The notes beneath the pieces were generated by a model. It made no database searches. It was not told the DNA's origin and saw only the letters and a list, made by a program, of their open reading frames with translations. From IMG/VR virus record IMGVR_UViG_3300023220_000531, positions 1 through 58,157 of that record: a stretch of 58,157 bases of DNA; one strand, given 5' to 3'. Of the stretch, positions 33,963-44,104 are shown in pieces. The position numbers and the translations under genes are program-made. Position 1 is the first letter of the stretch. Each line of letters begins with the position of its first letter. This DNA is from a virus (Duplodnaviria; Caudoviricetes).

Positions 33963-34298
33963 ATGTCTAATCAGTTTTTAGAATTAAACACGAACGCCAT
34001 TAGAGTCAATGGGCTTCAGTTTGAAGATGAAAAAGGTGTCTTGAATTTCGATAACGTTGCCACTGTGCAAGTGACCTTAAAAAAAGATGGGATAAATGTT
34101 CTTCCAGATGTTTGGCCATTAAACGTGCCTTATATTGCCACAACAAATGGAATCTACTACGCATCTTTCGATGCCGCACTTCAGATAGTAGATGGCGACG
34201 TGGTTGAAACCACAGTTGAATCTTCCAGCGTTAATGCGATTGGCAATTGGCGAGAAGATGTAAGAGTTTATACAAGGCCTCTTGACGGCTCACCCTAA
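33963..34298 (+). CDS. BppU-like Ig-fold adaptor protein
   Basis: ATVQVTL...G..V....WP....Y.....G.Y pattern. Confidence 0.55.
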   Translation: MSNQFLELNTNAIRVNGLQFEDEKGVLNFDNVATVQVTLKKDGINVLPDVWPLNVPYIATTNGIYYASFDAALQIVDGDVVETTVESSSVNAIGNWREDVRVYTRPLDGSP

Positions 34299-34301
34299 AA
34301 G

Positions 34302-34330
34302 TTGACATTGTACGACATTACGTCCATATT
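34302..34330 (+). promoter_or_regulatory. sigma70 promoter with GACATT direct repeats
   Basis: TTGACA-N17-CATATT. Confidence 0.65.
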
Positions 34331-34362
34331 TAGATCTCTTTTAATCAAACGAGATCATTATT

Positions 34363-34581
34363 ATGAGTTTCACACATCGATTAAATTCAAGAGTTACCCT
34401 TTCTGAAAGCGGCGAAACTGGTAAAGTTGTTGGCAGGGCTCAGTACACTACAGCCGATAATTCATACTATATCCGATACAAAGCTGCAGACGGCCGACAG
34501 GTTGAGTCCTGGTGGACAGAAGGCGCCATTGCCGACAAACCCAAAAAGAAAGCGGCCATAAAGAAGGCGGCTAAAAAGTAA
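34363..34581 (+). CDS. Small SH3-like protein with a Lys/Ala tail
   Basis: SGETGKVVGRAQY....Y..RY.AADGR..E.WW. Confidence 0.7.
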   Translation: MSFTHRLNSRVTLSESGETGKVVGRAQYTTADNSYYIRYKAADGRQVESWWTEGAIADKPKKKAAIKKAAKK

Positions 34582-34772
34582 TGAATAAAGCGCTCCCTCA
34601 ATCGTTGTCTAGTTACCTACAAAAGGAACTTGGTATTACCCGGGCAGAATTTTCACGTCTCGAGAAAACACCAATGCCAACATTGAGGGATCGCTGGAAT
34701 ACTGAACGCGGTAGAAAATCAATCGAAGATGCGGTGTTTGTCCGTAAGCATAAGGGGATTGATATTGAATAA
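34581..34772 (+). CDS. Small HTH regulator
   Basis: GITRAEFSRLEKTPMPTLRDRW. Confidence 0.6.
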   Translation: MNKALPQSLSSYLQKELGITRAEFSRLEKTPMPTLRDRWNTERGRKSIEDAVFVRKHKGIDIE

Positions 34773-34998
34773 AATCACTATTTGGATAGCAATGGATTCT
34801 GACCATCGTATAGATGTAAAGTCTTCGATATTGGAAAACAACGGTGCATCTGTTTTATTTAGTCGTGAATGGTGGTCATATGGCGGTGATAGTGAATTCT
34901 ATTTTTATGCCCAGACAGAAGAAGCCGCAAAAAAAGCATTGAAAATCAGACTCCAAGAAAAAATAAATAAATATCAAAAAGTTATAGAGGGTTTGTAA
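34765..34998 (+). CDS. Hypothetical protein
   Basis: AAGGGG RBS with TTG start. Confidence 0.5.
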   Translation: MNKITIWIAMDSDHRIDVKSSILENNGASVLFSREWWSYGGDSEFYFYAQTEEAAKKALKIRLQEKINKYQKVIEGL

Positions 34999-35192
34999 TG
35001 AATAATCGCATACCACCAGAGCCACCAACACCACCTGAAGGCCGGTTAGTGTGTGGCGCTTGCGGTTATAGCGCTCCGAAGTCAGAATTCAATCACGATG
35101 TTTGGCATAAACCTGAATTGATAACGATGTGCATATTGTTTTCACTGTTTCCCTTGTCAGTAATAATTATTGTTTTGACGGAGATTTTTTGA
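34998..35192 (+). CDS. Small membrane protein
   Basis: TAATG coupling; C-terminal TM segment. Confidence 0.5.
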   Translation: MNNRIPPEPPTPPEGRLVCGACGYSAPKSEFNHDVWHKPELITMCILFSLFPLSVIIIVLTEIF

Positions 35193-35377
35193 TGATCAAG
35201 CTATTCAAAAGGCCAGAAAGACAGCCACGAATCGTTATGTTTGATCCATCAAAAGTAAACATGCCAAGTGAAAGGCACGCAAACCAATTGGAATTAGATC
35301 AAATTCGAAAGGCTAGACTTGAAGCAATCGTTGAAATATTCGGCATTAATCGTAAATACCTTGGGAAGTCAGAATGA
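35192..35377 (+). CDS. Hypothetical protein
   Basis: GGAG RBS; TGATG coupling. Confidence 0.5.
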   Translation: MIKLFKRPERQPRIVMFDPSKVNMPSERHANQLELDQIRKARLEAIVEIFGINRKYLGKSE

Positions 35378-35718
35378 AAACCACACAGCAAGCCGCTGAA
35401 AACCTTACCAAAGCATGTAGGGAATTTGCCAGAGTAGTACGAAAAGCTTTGTTCTGTTCCAGGGGTATTCATTGTCGCATGAAATACGACAGCGGTTTTA
35501 AACATGATTTTCTCGGCGCCGGCACTTGTCAGGATTGCGGTAAGAAAAATGAGAGTAGAATTCCTCCTGCCATGCCAAGAGTTAAAACAACGCCAAGCCA
35601 TGAATTTGAAGAAGGTCGTTACATAGTGACTGGTGCTAAATACATCGGCGAAGGAAAATGGAAAGGCATGATAAACGGTGTCGAAAGTGAGCTTATAATT
35701 GTCAAGGAATTGCAATAA
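35374..35718 (+). CDS. Hypothetical protein
   Basis: ATGA coupling; C..G.H...C..CG. Confidence 0.55.
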   Translation: MKTTQQAAENLTKACREFARVVRKALFCSRGIHCRMKYDSGFKHDFLGAGTCQDCGKKNESRIPPAMPRVKTTPSHEFEEGRYIVTGAKYIGEGKWKGMINGVESELIIVKELQ

Positions 35719-35747
35719 ATTATTTGCCTTATTATTAGGAGACAAGC

Positions 35748-35969
35748 ATGCCATCAATATCGAACGAACAGTACATAGAAAATGCAGTCAGAAATAGATA
35801 TCAGGGTTACAGGATGATAAAAACTCCGGCGTCAAAAGAAAAGCTAGAATGTGTAAAACAAATGAACAGCAAGATAGTAACTATGGACCAGGTACACACA
35901 TTCGCACAAGAAACAGCAAAGCAGATAGGTTTTTCTGGTCATTTTGAGCTGAAATTTGAATCATTGTGA
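35748..35969 (+). CDS. Hypothetical protein
   Basis: AGGAG RBS. Confidence 0.55.
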   Translation: MPSISNEQYIENAVRNRYQGYRMIKTPASKEKLECVKQMNSKIVTMDQVHTFAQETAKQIGFSGHFELKFESL

Positions 35970-36157
35970 TAGTCACCGAAGAAGAAGCCAAAAAGATGTT
36001 TTGCCCTATTGTCGGTGGTAAGTGTGTTGCTTCTGAGTGTATGGGATGGGAACAAGACTATGACTTTATTCTTGGTTCTGATTCAGAATATCCATTTGTA
36101 CCTAAGGCAGAAAAAACCCCAAATGGTAAAGGCTATTGTAGAGTGATCAAGAAATGA
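35966..36157 (+). CDS. Cys-rich hypothetical protein
   Basis: TEEEAK..CP...C..S.CM.W...GYC. Confidence 0.6.
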   Translation: MIVTEEEAKKMFCPIVGGKCVASECMGWEQDYDFILGSDSEYPFVPKAEKTPNGKGYCRVIKK

Positions 36158-36447
36158 AACGTGATATCCAGCCAAAATATGAACAAGGCATATACAAACG
36201 ATTCAATTGGTTTCAGTGGGATGAATGTTGTAATTGCCATAAAGAATTCAGGCGTGAAGATGGTTGGCGGTTTCTAGCCGGTCCATTCTGTGGAGGTAAA
36301 GGCCACTGGAATTATATTTGTGAATCATGTGCACCAACCAAACAAGACGCGCATAAAATGGCCATTAGCGGGTGTTACATGCCCAAAAGACCACCTCCCC
36401 CAGCATGCCCACCACAAAAAAGCGGGATTGGAGCGACAATCGTATGA
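36154..36447 (+). CDS. Zn-finger hypothetical protein
   Basis: C..C.KEFRRE.GW...C..CAP. Confidence 0.6.
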   Translation: MKRDIQPKYEQGIYKRFNWFQWDECCNCHKEFRREDGWRFLAGPFCGGKGHWNYICESCAPTKQDAHKMAISGCYMPKRPPPPACPPQKSGIGATIV

Positions 36448-36469
36448 AAACAATAAGGGCTATGAAGTA

Positions 36470-36970
36470 ATGAGCCAGCAGAATCCAACAATCACACAGG
36501 CCAATAAATACGCTAAGAACTTTATTCTCTATGGGGATATGTCAAAAGCTTTTATGGTCGCATTTCCTGATTCCAAATTAAAGCCAGCAGGTGTAAATAC
36601 TAAAGCCTCAGCAATTCATAAAACAGTTGAGATTCAGTTGAGAATTGAAGCCTTGCAGCTGGCAGCCAAGAAAGCAGCTGAGAAAAAGTTTGCTTTGACC
36701 ACCAATGACCTACAAAAAACTCTCTCTAAGGTGATGAAAAAAGGACTGTCTGACAAAAAAGATAAGCATGGAAATAAATCTGCACAAAACCTTTCAGCTG
36801 TCGTATCAGCAATAAAAGAAGTCAATTTAATGAATGGCAACCATGCCAAAATACAAGCTAATATAGAACTTACCCCGGGCGATGGCGCAAGTATGGAAAT
36901 GAAAGTAACAAGCGATCCGAAAGAATCTGGTAAGGCATACCAGGCAATGTTGAACGGCAATAATGAATGA
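36470..36970 (+). CDS. terS: Terminase small subunit
   Basis: Helical, basic protein directly upstream of and overlapping TerL; ATG 36470 likely. Confidence 0.7.
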   Translation: MSQQNPTITQANKYAKNFILYGDMSKAFMVAFPDSKLKPAGVNTKASAIHKTVEIQLRIEALQLAAKKAAEKKFALTTNDLQKTLSKVMKKGLSDKKDKHGNKSAQNLSAVVSAIKEVNLMNGNHAKIQANIELTPGDGASMEMKVTSDPKESGKAYQAMLNGNNE

Positions 36971-38546
36971 TTTCGATTTCAAGAACCCAGATTACCCAGC
37001 TGTATTCGAGGAAAGGGCCAGGCGGTTAACATGGCTTAGGGCCAACCCTGAACAACTTGGTCACTTAAAATTCTATTACAAAGAAAATATAGCGCAATTC
37101 ATCACTGATTGGGGCATGACTTATGACCCTAGAAACGCTAATACTAAATACCCTTCAATCCTCCCGTTCATACTTTTTCAACGACAAATCGAATTCATCG
37201 AAGAGTTAATTTATTGTTGGCAGAACAATCTACCTCTTGTCGTGCCAAAGTCTCGAGAAATGGGTTTGAGCTGGTTATGTATCGGTGCTGCATGTTCTAT
37301 TGCGCTTCTTAATGATGGGTTTGTTGCTGGTTTTGGGAGTCGTACAGCCGAATATGTGGATAAGATAGGATTTCCCAAGTCATTGTTTTATAAAGCCAGA
37401 ATGTTCTTGAAATTCCTTCCTGTTGAGTTTCGTGGTGGTTTCGATGAAAAGCGACATGCACCACATATGCGAATCAACATACCTGATACCGGTTCATATT
37501 TAACTGGTGAGGCAGGGGATAATATAGGCCGCGGTGACAGGACTTCTATTTATTTTATTGATGAAAGCTCTCATCTTGAAAGACCTCACTTAATCGAAGC
37601 ATCGTTATCACAAACTACTAATTGCCGCATCGACGTATCAACTGTGAATGGCACTGATAATCCTTTTTATACAAAAGTTATTGGTGGAAAAATACGCTCT
37701 TTCCCATTCCATTGGCGCGAGGATCCCAGAAAAGACCAAGCCTGGTATGACAAACAGGTAGAAGAACTCGACCCGGTTACGATAGCCCAAGAAATAGACA
37801 TGGATTTCCAGGCATCAAAAGAAGGAATCATTATCCCCAGCAAATGGGTACAGGCTGCTATTGGTGCACATAAAAAGCTCGGTATTGAGCCAACAGGGAC
37901 AAGGCAAGGGGCAATGGATGTTGCCGATAGGGGTAAAGATAAAAACGCCTTCTCAGGTAGATATGGTTTTTTACTGGAATTTCTAGAATCGTGGAGCGGC
38001 AAGGATGCAACAGAGGATATTTTTGAATCGGTAGAAAAGGTATTCGTGATATGTGACACCGAAGATTACGATTTATTTTATTACGAGTCAGATGGTCTTG
38101 GCGCCGGTGTCCGTGGTGACGCGAGAGTTATCAATGAAAGGCGTAAAGAAGAAGATCAAAAACAAATAGCGGTCGCATCATTTAGGGCATCAGGTGAGGT
38201 GGTGGATCCAAAGAAAGAAATGGTGAAGGGTCGAAAAAATAAAGACTATTTTTACAATCACAAGGCCCAGGGATGGTGGTGGCTGAGGATTCTATTCCAG
38301 AATACTTGGCGAGCACTACAGGGTAAACCGTACGATATTGATAAAATTATATCAATTGATGAGAATTTGGCAGAACTTCAGAAGCTATGTACTGAATTAT
38401 CGCAACCGACCTATTCACTAAAAAACGGTAAAATACTAGTTAACAAACAACCAGACGGATCCTTGTCGCCAAATTTGGCAGACTCGGTTATGATTAATTA
38501 CGCGCCTGTTAAGCTAGGAAGAGAAGTCAGAGTTGTAGTTATATAA
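36963..38546 (+). CDS. terL: Terminase large subunit
   Basis: KSREMGLSW Walker A, GRGDR, FIDE Walker B, VST, nuclease MDVAD..D, ESDGLG and SPNLADS. Confidence 0.95.
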   Translation: MNDFDFKNPDYPAVFEERARRLTWLRANPEQLGHLKFYYKENIAQFITDWGMTYDPRNANTKYPSILPFILFQRQIEFIEELIYCWQNNLPLVVPKSREMGLSWLCIGAACSIALLNDGFVAGFGSRTAEYVDKIGFPKSLFYKARMFLKFLPVEFRGGFDEKRHAPHMRINIPDTGSYLTGEAGDNIGRGDRTSIYFIDESSHLERPHLIEASLSQTTNCRIDVSTVNGTDNPFYTKVIGGKIRSFPFHWREDPRKDQAWYDKQVEELDPVTIAQEIDMDFQASKEGIIIPSKWVQAAIGAHKKLGIEPTGTRQGAMDVADRGKDKNAFSGRYGFLLEFLESWSGKDATEDIFESVEKVFVICDTEDYDLFYYESDGLGAGVRGDARVINERRKEEDQKQIAVASFRASGEVVDPKKEMVKGRKNKDYFYNHKAQGWWWLRILFQNTWRALQGKPYDIDKIISIDENLAELQKLCTELSQPTYSLKNGKILVNKQPDGSLSPNLADSVMINYAPVKLGREVRVVVI

Positions 38547-38555
38547 GAGGTTAAA

Positions 38556-38864
38556 ATGACAACAGAAAACACACAAATTCAATACGATATTTTGTTAACA
38601 AAAATAATTTCAATAGCAATATTCACCGGGCTTATCGTGTCGGTATTTCACGCACAATCTATTTATGTGCTATTGTTGCAAATATCCAGCGTTATTGGCG
38701 TGTTTTGTCTAATGGGTTATTTGTTTATGGCAACGATGTTTTTAAATGCATGCAGCGTCAAAAACGACACATTAGCAAATCGTTTCAAAATGGCTGCAAC
38801 GTGCTTTCAGTGGGCTTCTGCGTTGATGTCTTCGGTGGTAACAATACTACTTACAATTATATAG
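38556..38864 (+). CDS. 3-TM membrane protein between terL and portal
   Basis: GAGG RBS; three hydrophobic segments. Confidence 0.6.
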   Translation: MTTENTQIQYDILLTKIISIAIFTGLIVSVFHAQSIYVLLLQISSVIGVFCLMGYLFMATMFLNACSVKNDTLANRFKMAATCFQWASALMSSVVTILLTII

Positions 38865-38874
38865 AGCTTCTGAA

Positions 38875-40278
38875 ATGCTGCTTGATCCCCGAGAAACTAA
38901 AGCAAACCCTACTCCCATCGAGTATAAATCATCCTTTCCGATTACGTCTTTTCATGAATTTCTTTCCAATGGTGGGAATAATGACCTGGCAAACATCGTC
39001 GCTATCAAAATGTACATGGATGCAATGCCGTTTTTCAATGCGGTCGATATGCGGGCCCGTAACTTTGCCCAGATACCAATTCGAGTATGGGATAAATCAA
39101 AGAATGAATTTATTGATGACCATCCAGTATTAAAATTACTGGAAAATCCTAACGCCGATGTCACCGGTACAGAATTTTTATACCAGTATTCGAGCTACTT
39201 TGATATCACTGGTGATTCATTTTTATTTGCTGGTGGTCGAGTTGAGAACCCGCCTCTTGAAGTCGCTACCATACCGCCTCATAGCATTACATTTTCAACA
39301 GGCCGAAGATTTGGACTACTTCACGTACCTGATTCGATTACTTTTTCACAGCAAGGCCACGGTGCTGCTAAATTTGTCTCTGAAGATGTTAACGGAACTA
39401 TTCGATTCTATGGTGACGAAGGAAAAGAGCTTTGGCACACCAGGCAGTTCAATCCACTCAGATCAGCCACTAATTTCTGGGGCATGAGCCGAGCAAAGCC
39501 AACCTTTCTCGAGATACAGCAATACTTAAGCGGCAATAATACCAACTGGTCTATGCTGAAACGCGGATCCCGCATATCAATGGCATGGGTTAATAAACGG
39601 GAGCAAGAGCTCTCAGAAAAACAGTGGTCAAGGATCCAGGAAGAAGCGCAGAAATATTCCGGTGATATGAACGTTGGTGGCACACCTGTACTCGATGGCA
39701 TGGAAGTTACAGCCATGTCTCAAACAAACCGAGATATGGAATTCAAAGACCTTCAGGAAGCCATGTTATCAAGAGTATCAACGGTTTACGGTATTCCTCT
39801 GCCGCTATTGCTCGACAAATCCATGACGCTAAGCAATATGGAAACGTCAATGCTGCAGCTATTCGACAATGCGGTTATTCCGTTAACGAATTATCTGTAT
39901 GACGAATTAACCCGGTTTATCTTGAAACGATATCCCGACAGTGAGGATTTAGAGTTCAGGTTCAACGAAGGCGATATAACAGCGCTTCGGGTTCGCATCA
40001 TTGAAAACGCCGATCGACAGAACAAGATTAATGTTAATACCATCGATGAGATACGAACTCTCATTGGCGATGAAGCACTTGCATCCGGTGGTGATGTGAT
40101 AATGAGACCTGCGACACTGATTCCTGTTGGTAGTGACGGTTTCACCGATGACAATCTACCAAAGCCAACGGCGAGTAAATTTAGAGAGTTAATGACTGAG
40201 GTTAAAACTCTTGATGGTGACCGTGTTTATTCTGATGAGGTTATACAATCCATATGTGAGGAACGGGGTTTAACCTAA
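38875..40278 (+). CDS. Portal protein (HK97 family)
   Basis: HP.LKLL.NPN, G.S, DMEF, YGIP..L, N.E and T.DE.R motifs. Confidence 0.93.
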   Translation: MLLDPRETKANPTPIEYKSSFPITSFHEFLSNGGNNDLANIVAIKMYMDAMPFFNAVDMRARNFAQIPIRVWDKSKNEFIDDHPVLKLLENPNADVTGTEFLYQYSSYFDITGDSFLFAGGRVENPPLEVATIPPHSITFSTGRRFGLLHVPDSITFSQQGHGAAKFVSEDVNGTIRFYGDEGKELWHTRQFNPLRSATNFWGMSRAKPTFLEIQQYLSGNNTNWSMLKRGSRISMAWVNKREQELSEKQWSRIQEEAQKYSGDMNVGGTPVLDGMEVTAMSQTNRDMEFKDLQEAMLSRVSTVYGIPLPLLLDKSMTLSNMETSMLQLFDNAVIPLTNYLYDELTRFILKRYPDSEDLEFRFNEGDITALRVRIIENADRQNKINVNTIDEIRTLIGDEALASGGDVIMRPATLIPVGSDGFTDDNLPKPTASKFRELMTEVKTLDGDRVYSDEVIQSICEERGLT

Positions 40279-41150
40279 TGCCCCTAAACACCACCGATGA
40301 AGAACTCCGATTAGCCGCTGCCAATGACCTGGCACAAAAGCTAAAACTCGAACGCCGACAGATAATCGAATTAAGAGAATTATTCCGGAATATGTCGGCA
40401 GATATGTTTGCCTTCGTATCAGAGACAGGCAATGCGCCACAGGCCACAGCTTACACCGATGATCTACGTGGAATTCTATCCAAGCAAGGCAGGCGCACAG
40501 GAGCAGCGTTTAGCGGTCAAGTCGTTGATTTCTTGGATGAAGCGGATGAAGACGAATCTATTATTGAAGAACTTGCTATCATTGCTGCTGTATCTGGATT
40601 AACTGTTGCAGACATTCTTGCCAAACTTAGAAACGATGTCCGCGTAAAAGATCAGGAATTTATAGCCGATCAGGTTACTCGAGACACCGCTTTTATCACT
40701 CGAACCAACCAAAATGAAATGGACGCGGCCGTTGCATCTGCCCGGGCCACTATAATCGAAGATGGCAAAGTGCCAACCAATGCTGAAGTCGCCAGGATAG
40801 CCTCAAAGGATTTCAGGAACAGAGGTTTTGGCAGGTCACCGACAATAGCTGCTACCTTTACACAAAAAATTGCTGAAGGCGTTAAGAGTATTGAGAGAGA
40901 TTTATTCTTTTCTGCTAGAAACGGTTTCCCTGCTGTTACAGCTAACATTGCACAAATCGTTGAAATTGAAATATGGGTAACTGTCGGTGATGAAGTAGTC
41001 AGAGTATCGCATGTAGTCGTTGATTTTACTGAAAAAGTAGACGGTGGATTCATAGTGCAAGGAGAGTTTTTAAGGTTTCCAGGTGACCCAAATGGGAGCG
41101 CATCTAATATTATTAACTGTCGTTGTTCCGTTTTGCTAGTAATCGAGTAA
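40278..41150 (+). CDS. Minor head protein (Mu gpF / SPP1 gp7-like)
   Basis: W.TVGD.VVR.SH...F.V.GE.L.FPGDP......INCRC. Confidence 0.88.
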   Translation: MPLNTTDEELRLAAANDLAQKLKLERRQIIELRELFRNMSADMFAFVSETGNAPQATAYTDDLRGILSKQGRRTGAAFSGQVVDFLDEADEDESIIEELAIIAAVSGLTVADILAKLRNDVRVKDQEFIADQVTRDTAFITRTNQNEMDAAVASARATIIEDGKVPTNAEVARIASKDFRNRGFGRSPTIAATFTQKIAEGVKSIERDLFFSARNGFPAVTANIAQIVEIEIWVTVGDEVVRVSHVVVDFTEKVDGGFIVQGEFLRFPGDPNGSASNIINCRCSVLLVIE

Positions 41151-41210
41151 CAATCAAACTTGCAAATTTATACTTTCGGGTCAATAATTGCCAAAACTCA
41201 GGAATTAAAA

Positions 41211-41966
41211 ATGAAACCAAAGCGCAAAGATCTAGACACGAAAGAAGTGCATTTCATTGATGTTGCCTTTGAGGTGAAGTCGATTCATGATCTTGACGAC
41301 GAGTTTTTCCGCTTTGAAGGCCTGGCCAGTACCTTTGGCAATATAGATTTAGTGGATGACATTGTTGTTCGCGGTGCGTTTAAAGAATCCCTTGAAACTA
41401 AAACACCTATTGTTCTTTGGCAGCATGATTCACACAGACCTCTTGGCATGCCAGAAGAAATCAGGGAGACGGAAGACGGTTTATTCCTGAAAGCAAAATT
41501 ACCCAAAGCTGATACGTTCGTTTCAGGTCGTGTTATCCCTCAAATCAAAGTCGGCTCTATTCGCTCTATGTCCATCGGATTTAGAATTGTTGAGCGTGAA
41601 TTTACCGATGAAGGAATTCGTTTACTCAAAAAGGTTGATTTGCTCGAGGTGTCATTGGTGACTTTCCCCGCAAATACTATGGCCAGAGTATCCGGGTTCA
41701 AGAACGACGAAACTTTTTACAACGTGGAGGATATTAAAACCTTCACGAAACGAGATCTCGAAAAGGCACTGAGAGAGTCAGGCGCTTTTTCAAAAGATGC
41801 AGCACAATTGATCGTAAAAGACTTCACGGAACAGGGCGAGCCTGCTGGTGATGATGATAGCGATTTCGAATCAATGCTTTCTAGTATGTCCGATTCAATG
41901 GACAATCACTTAAAAGCGTCCGCATTATCAAAAATTACCCACAAGGTGAGTTCCCATGGAAGTTAA
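41211..41966 (+). CDS. HK97-family prohead protease
   Basis: FEGLASTFGN.D, LWQHD, SIGF and EVSLVTFPAN; ATG 41211 with AGGA RBS. Confidence 0.95.
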   Translation: MKPKRKDLDTKEVHFIDVAFEVKSIHDLDDEFFRFEGLASTFGNIDLVDDIVVRGAFKESLETKTPIVLWQHDSHRPLGMPEEIRETEDGLFLKAKLPKADTFVSGRVIPQIKVGSIRSMSIGFRIVEREFTDEGIRLLKKVDLLEVSLVTFPANTMARVSGFKNDETFYNVEDIKTFTKRDLEKALRESGAFSKDAAQLIVKDFTEQGEPAGDDDSDFESMLSSMSDSMDNHLKASALSKITHKVSSHGS

Positions 41967-43275
41967 AGAGATTACAGAAATAAATGAAAAGATGGGCAAA
42001 GTCCTGGAGTCTGCGACCGAAGCTCAAAAAATGGCTCAAGAAGCTGTCGATAAGTCTGGTGAAGTCGACGTGATTGTAAAAGCTGCTATTGAAAAAGCCG
42101 CAGAAGCTTCTGCCAAATCTGCTGAGGAAATGCAGGCTCTTACGCTTAAATTCGAAGCTGCTGAAAAAACATCTGAGTACATCGAGAAGATGGTTTCTCG
42201 TTTAGGTGGCGGCGAAGGCGGCGACGAACAGAAAGAACTATCTCAGAAAGCCGGTGATCAAATGTCACGTTATATGCGTACTGGTCGACCACTGGATGAT
42301 GATGTTGTAAAAGGCATTATCGAGCTTCAGCTGAAAGATGGCTTGTTTGGCGTTGAGGATCACGTTCGTGAGAATGAGATTAAAACACTTATTGCAGGCA
42401 ACAATCCCCAAGGCGGTTATTTCATACGTCCAGAGCGTTCAGCAACTATGCTTCAGCGCATTTTTGAAACTTCTCCAGTTCGTAGTATTGCCAACATCGA
42501 AACAACCAGTTCTGATTCATTAGAATTTTTGATTGATGACGACGAAGCTACTAGTGGTGGTTGGGTTGGTGAGACTTCATCTCGCGGTGACACTGATACC
42601 CCAGAAATCGGACTATTGACCATTCCAGCTCATGAGCAATTTGCACAGCCTAAAGCTACGCAAAAAATGCTCGATGATGCCGGTTTCGATATTGAATCCT
42701 GGTTGAGTGGCAAAGTAACTAACAAGATGACGCGCGTTGAAAATACCGCTTTTGTTGTTGGTGACGGTAGCCAGAAACCCAAAGGGTTCTTGGCATTACC
42801 AGCCTGGGCTGCTCCTGGTGTTTATGAGCGAAATGCTATAGAGCAAATCAACTCTGGTTCTGCTGGTGCGTTTACTGGAGACGGTGTTAAAGAGCTTCAG
42901 AATTCTCTGATAGAGGTATACCAGGCCAATGCAGTATTCACTATCAAGCGAGCATCTTGGCAGCAAATTATCACTCTGAAGGATGGTAACGGCGCTTACT
43001 TGCTTGAGCCTCGTTCACTTAAGATCGGTGATGAGCTTACCCTTCTGGGCAAGCGCGTTATGTTCATGGATGATATGGCGGCTATCGGTGCAAATGCTTT
43101 GGCAATGGCTTACGGTGATTTCGGCATTGGTTATACCATTGTTGACCGCATCGGCTTCCGCGTAATTCGTGATGAAGTGACAGCTAAACCTTTCATAAAA
43201 TTCTACACTACAAAAAGAACTGGTGGTGCTCCGACTTCCTATGAGTCAATTAAGGTCCAGAAACTAGCAGCCTAA
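41956..43275 (+). CDS. Major capsid protein (HK97 fold, with delta domain)
   Basis: GGY..P, TQKMLDD, GDG..KPKG, LKDGNG.YL, YGDF..GY.IVDR and KFYTTKRTGG. Confidence 0.96.
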   Translation: MEVKEITEINEKMGKVLESATEAQKMAQEAVDKSGEVDVIVKAAIEKAAEASAKSAEEMQALTLKFEAAEKTSEYIEKMVSRLGGGEGGDEQKELSQKAGDQMSRYMRTGRPLDDDVVKGIIELQLKDGLFGVEDHVRENEIKTLIAGNNPQGGYFIRPERSATMLQRIFETSPVRSIANIETTSSDSLEFLIDDDEATSGGWVGETSSRGDTDTPEIGLLTIPAHEQFAQPKATQKMLDDAGFDIESWLSGKVTNKMTRVENTAFVVGDGSQKPKGFLALPAWAAPGVYERNAIEQINSGSAGAFTGDGVKELQNSLIEVYQANAVFTIKRASWQQIITLKDGNGAYLLEPRSLKIGDELTLLGKRVMFMDDMAAIGANALAMAYGDFGIGYTIVDRIGFRVIRDEVTAKPFIKFYTTKRTGGAPTSYESIKVQKLAA

Positions 43276-43294
43276 TTTTAGGTTATTATTTTAA

Positions 43295-43308
43295 GGGGTT
43301 TCGGCCCC
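43295..43308 (+). terminator. GC hairpin with a UUCG loop after the capsid gene (stabiliser or weak terminator)
   Basis: GGGGT-TTCG-GCCCC with no U tract. Confidence 0.45.
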
Positions 43309-43327
43309 GCTAAATGAGGAAAAGATC

Positions 43328-43735
43328 ATGGCTGTTAAAGATATTCGCAGCAATGTAAAACAAACAGTCGCTTTGACAGCGATTATTTCATCCGACACCA
43401 CTACCAATGGCGCCGTTTTGGATACAGCTGATTTTGAGCTTGGTCTAATGTTTGCCCTTGATATCACTGCATTTACCGATGGTAGCTATACATTGCTGCT
43501 TGAAGAAGACGATGTTATTGGTTTTGGTAGTTCAAGTGTTATTTCTGGTGATCAATTGATTGGCTCGCTTCCTGTGGTTGCAGCTGCATCGGTCGAAGGC
43601 GCAGACCTACTGACTGTCGGTGTTATCAGCAACAAGAAGTTTGTTCGTGCCAGCATTGTATCGACTGGTACGACTTCTGGTGCAACAGCAAATGTTATTG
43701 CTACGCAAGTTGCCGAGAATATGCCAACTAGCTAA
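43328..43735 (+). CDS. Head decoration / cement protein
   Basis: TNGAVLDT..F...KKFVRA.IV pattern; follows the capsid gene. Confidence 0.7.
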   Translation: MAVKDIRSNVKQTVALTAIISSDTTTNGAVLDTADFELGLMFALDITAFTDGSYTLLLEEDDVIGFGSSSVISGDQLIGSLPVVAAASVEGADLLTVGVISNKKFVRASIVSTGTTSGATANVIATQVAENMPTS

Positions 43736-43783
43736 ATTTAAACCATTGATATACGGGGCTTAACGGCCCCTGGTTTAATTTAA
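43733..43783 (+). terminator. Long hairpin after the decoration gene
   Basis: AAACCA..GGGGC-TTAACG-GCCCC-TGGTTT. Confidence 0.5.
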
Positions 43784-43794
43784 AGGACACTCCT

Positions 43795-44064
43795 ATGAAG
43801 CGTATCAAAGCTACTAAAACAATCCCCTATGCGCATGACGGCGCACCACACTTGGATCATGTTAATCTTGTTGAGGGTGAGGAAATTGAAGTTACTGATT
43901 CAATGGCATTATCTATTATCGCCAACGAACACGGACATTTAGCAGACTCTGTTGCAGACACCGTAGAAAACAAAGTCGTTGAACCTGAATCGAAAGAGAA
44001 AGGTCTGGACGTAGACGACAAAGAACAGGGCAAGAAAGGAAATAAGCAAAAGAATTCGAAGTAA
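43795..44064 (+). CDS. Small head-region protein
   Basis: AAGGA RBS; typical post-capsid small gene with a charged tail. Confidence 0.65.
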   Translation: MKRIKATKTIPYAHDGAPHLDHVNLVEGEEIEVTDSMALSIIANEHGHLADSVADTVENKVVEPESKEKGLDVDDKEQGKKGNKQKNSK

Positions 44065-44104
44065 ACTTATTCATTAATGAATTTTTAATTCAACAGGAAC
44101 TATT

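Noticed and set aside
36290-36469. Long N-terminus of terS
   Set aside because: It overlaps a plausible upstream Zn-finger gene; ATG 36470 preferred
38705-39487. Alternative-frame ORFs inside the portal gene
   Set aside because: No recognisable protein features, unlike the nested methylase ORF
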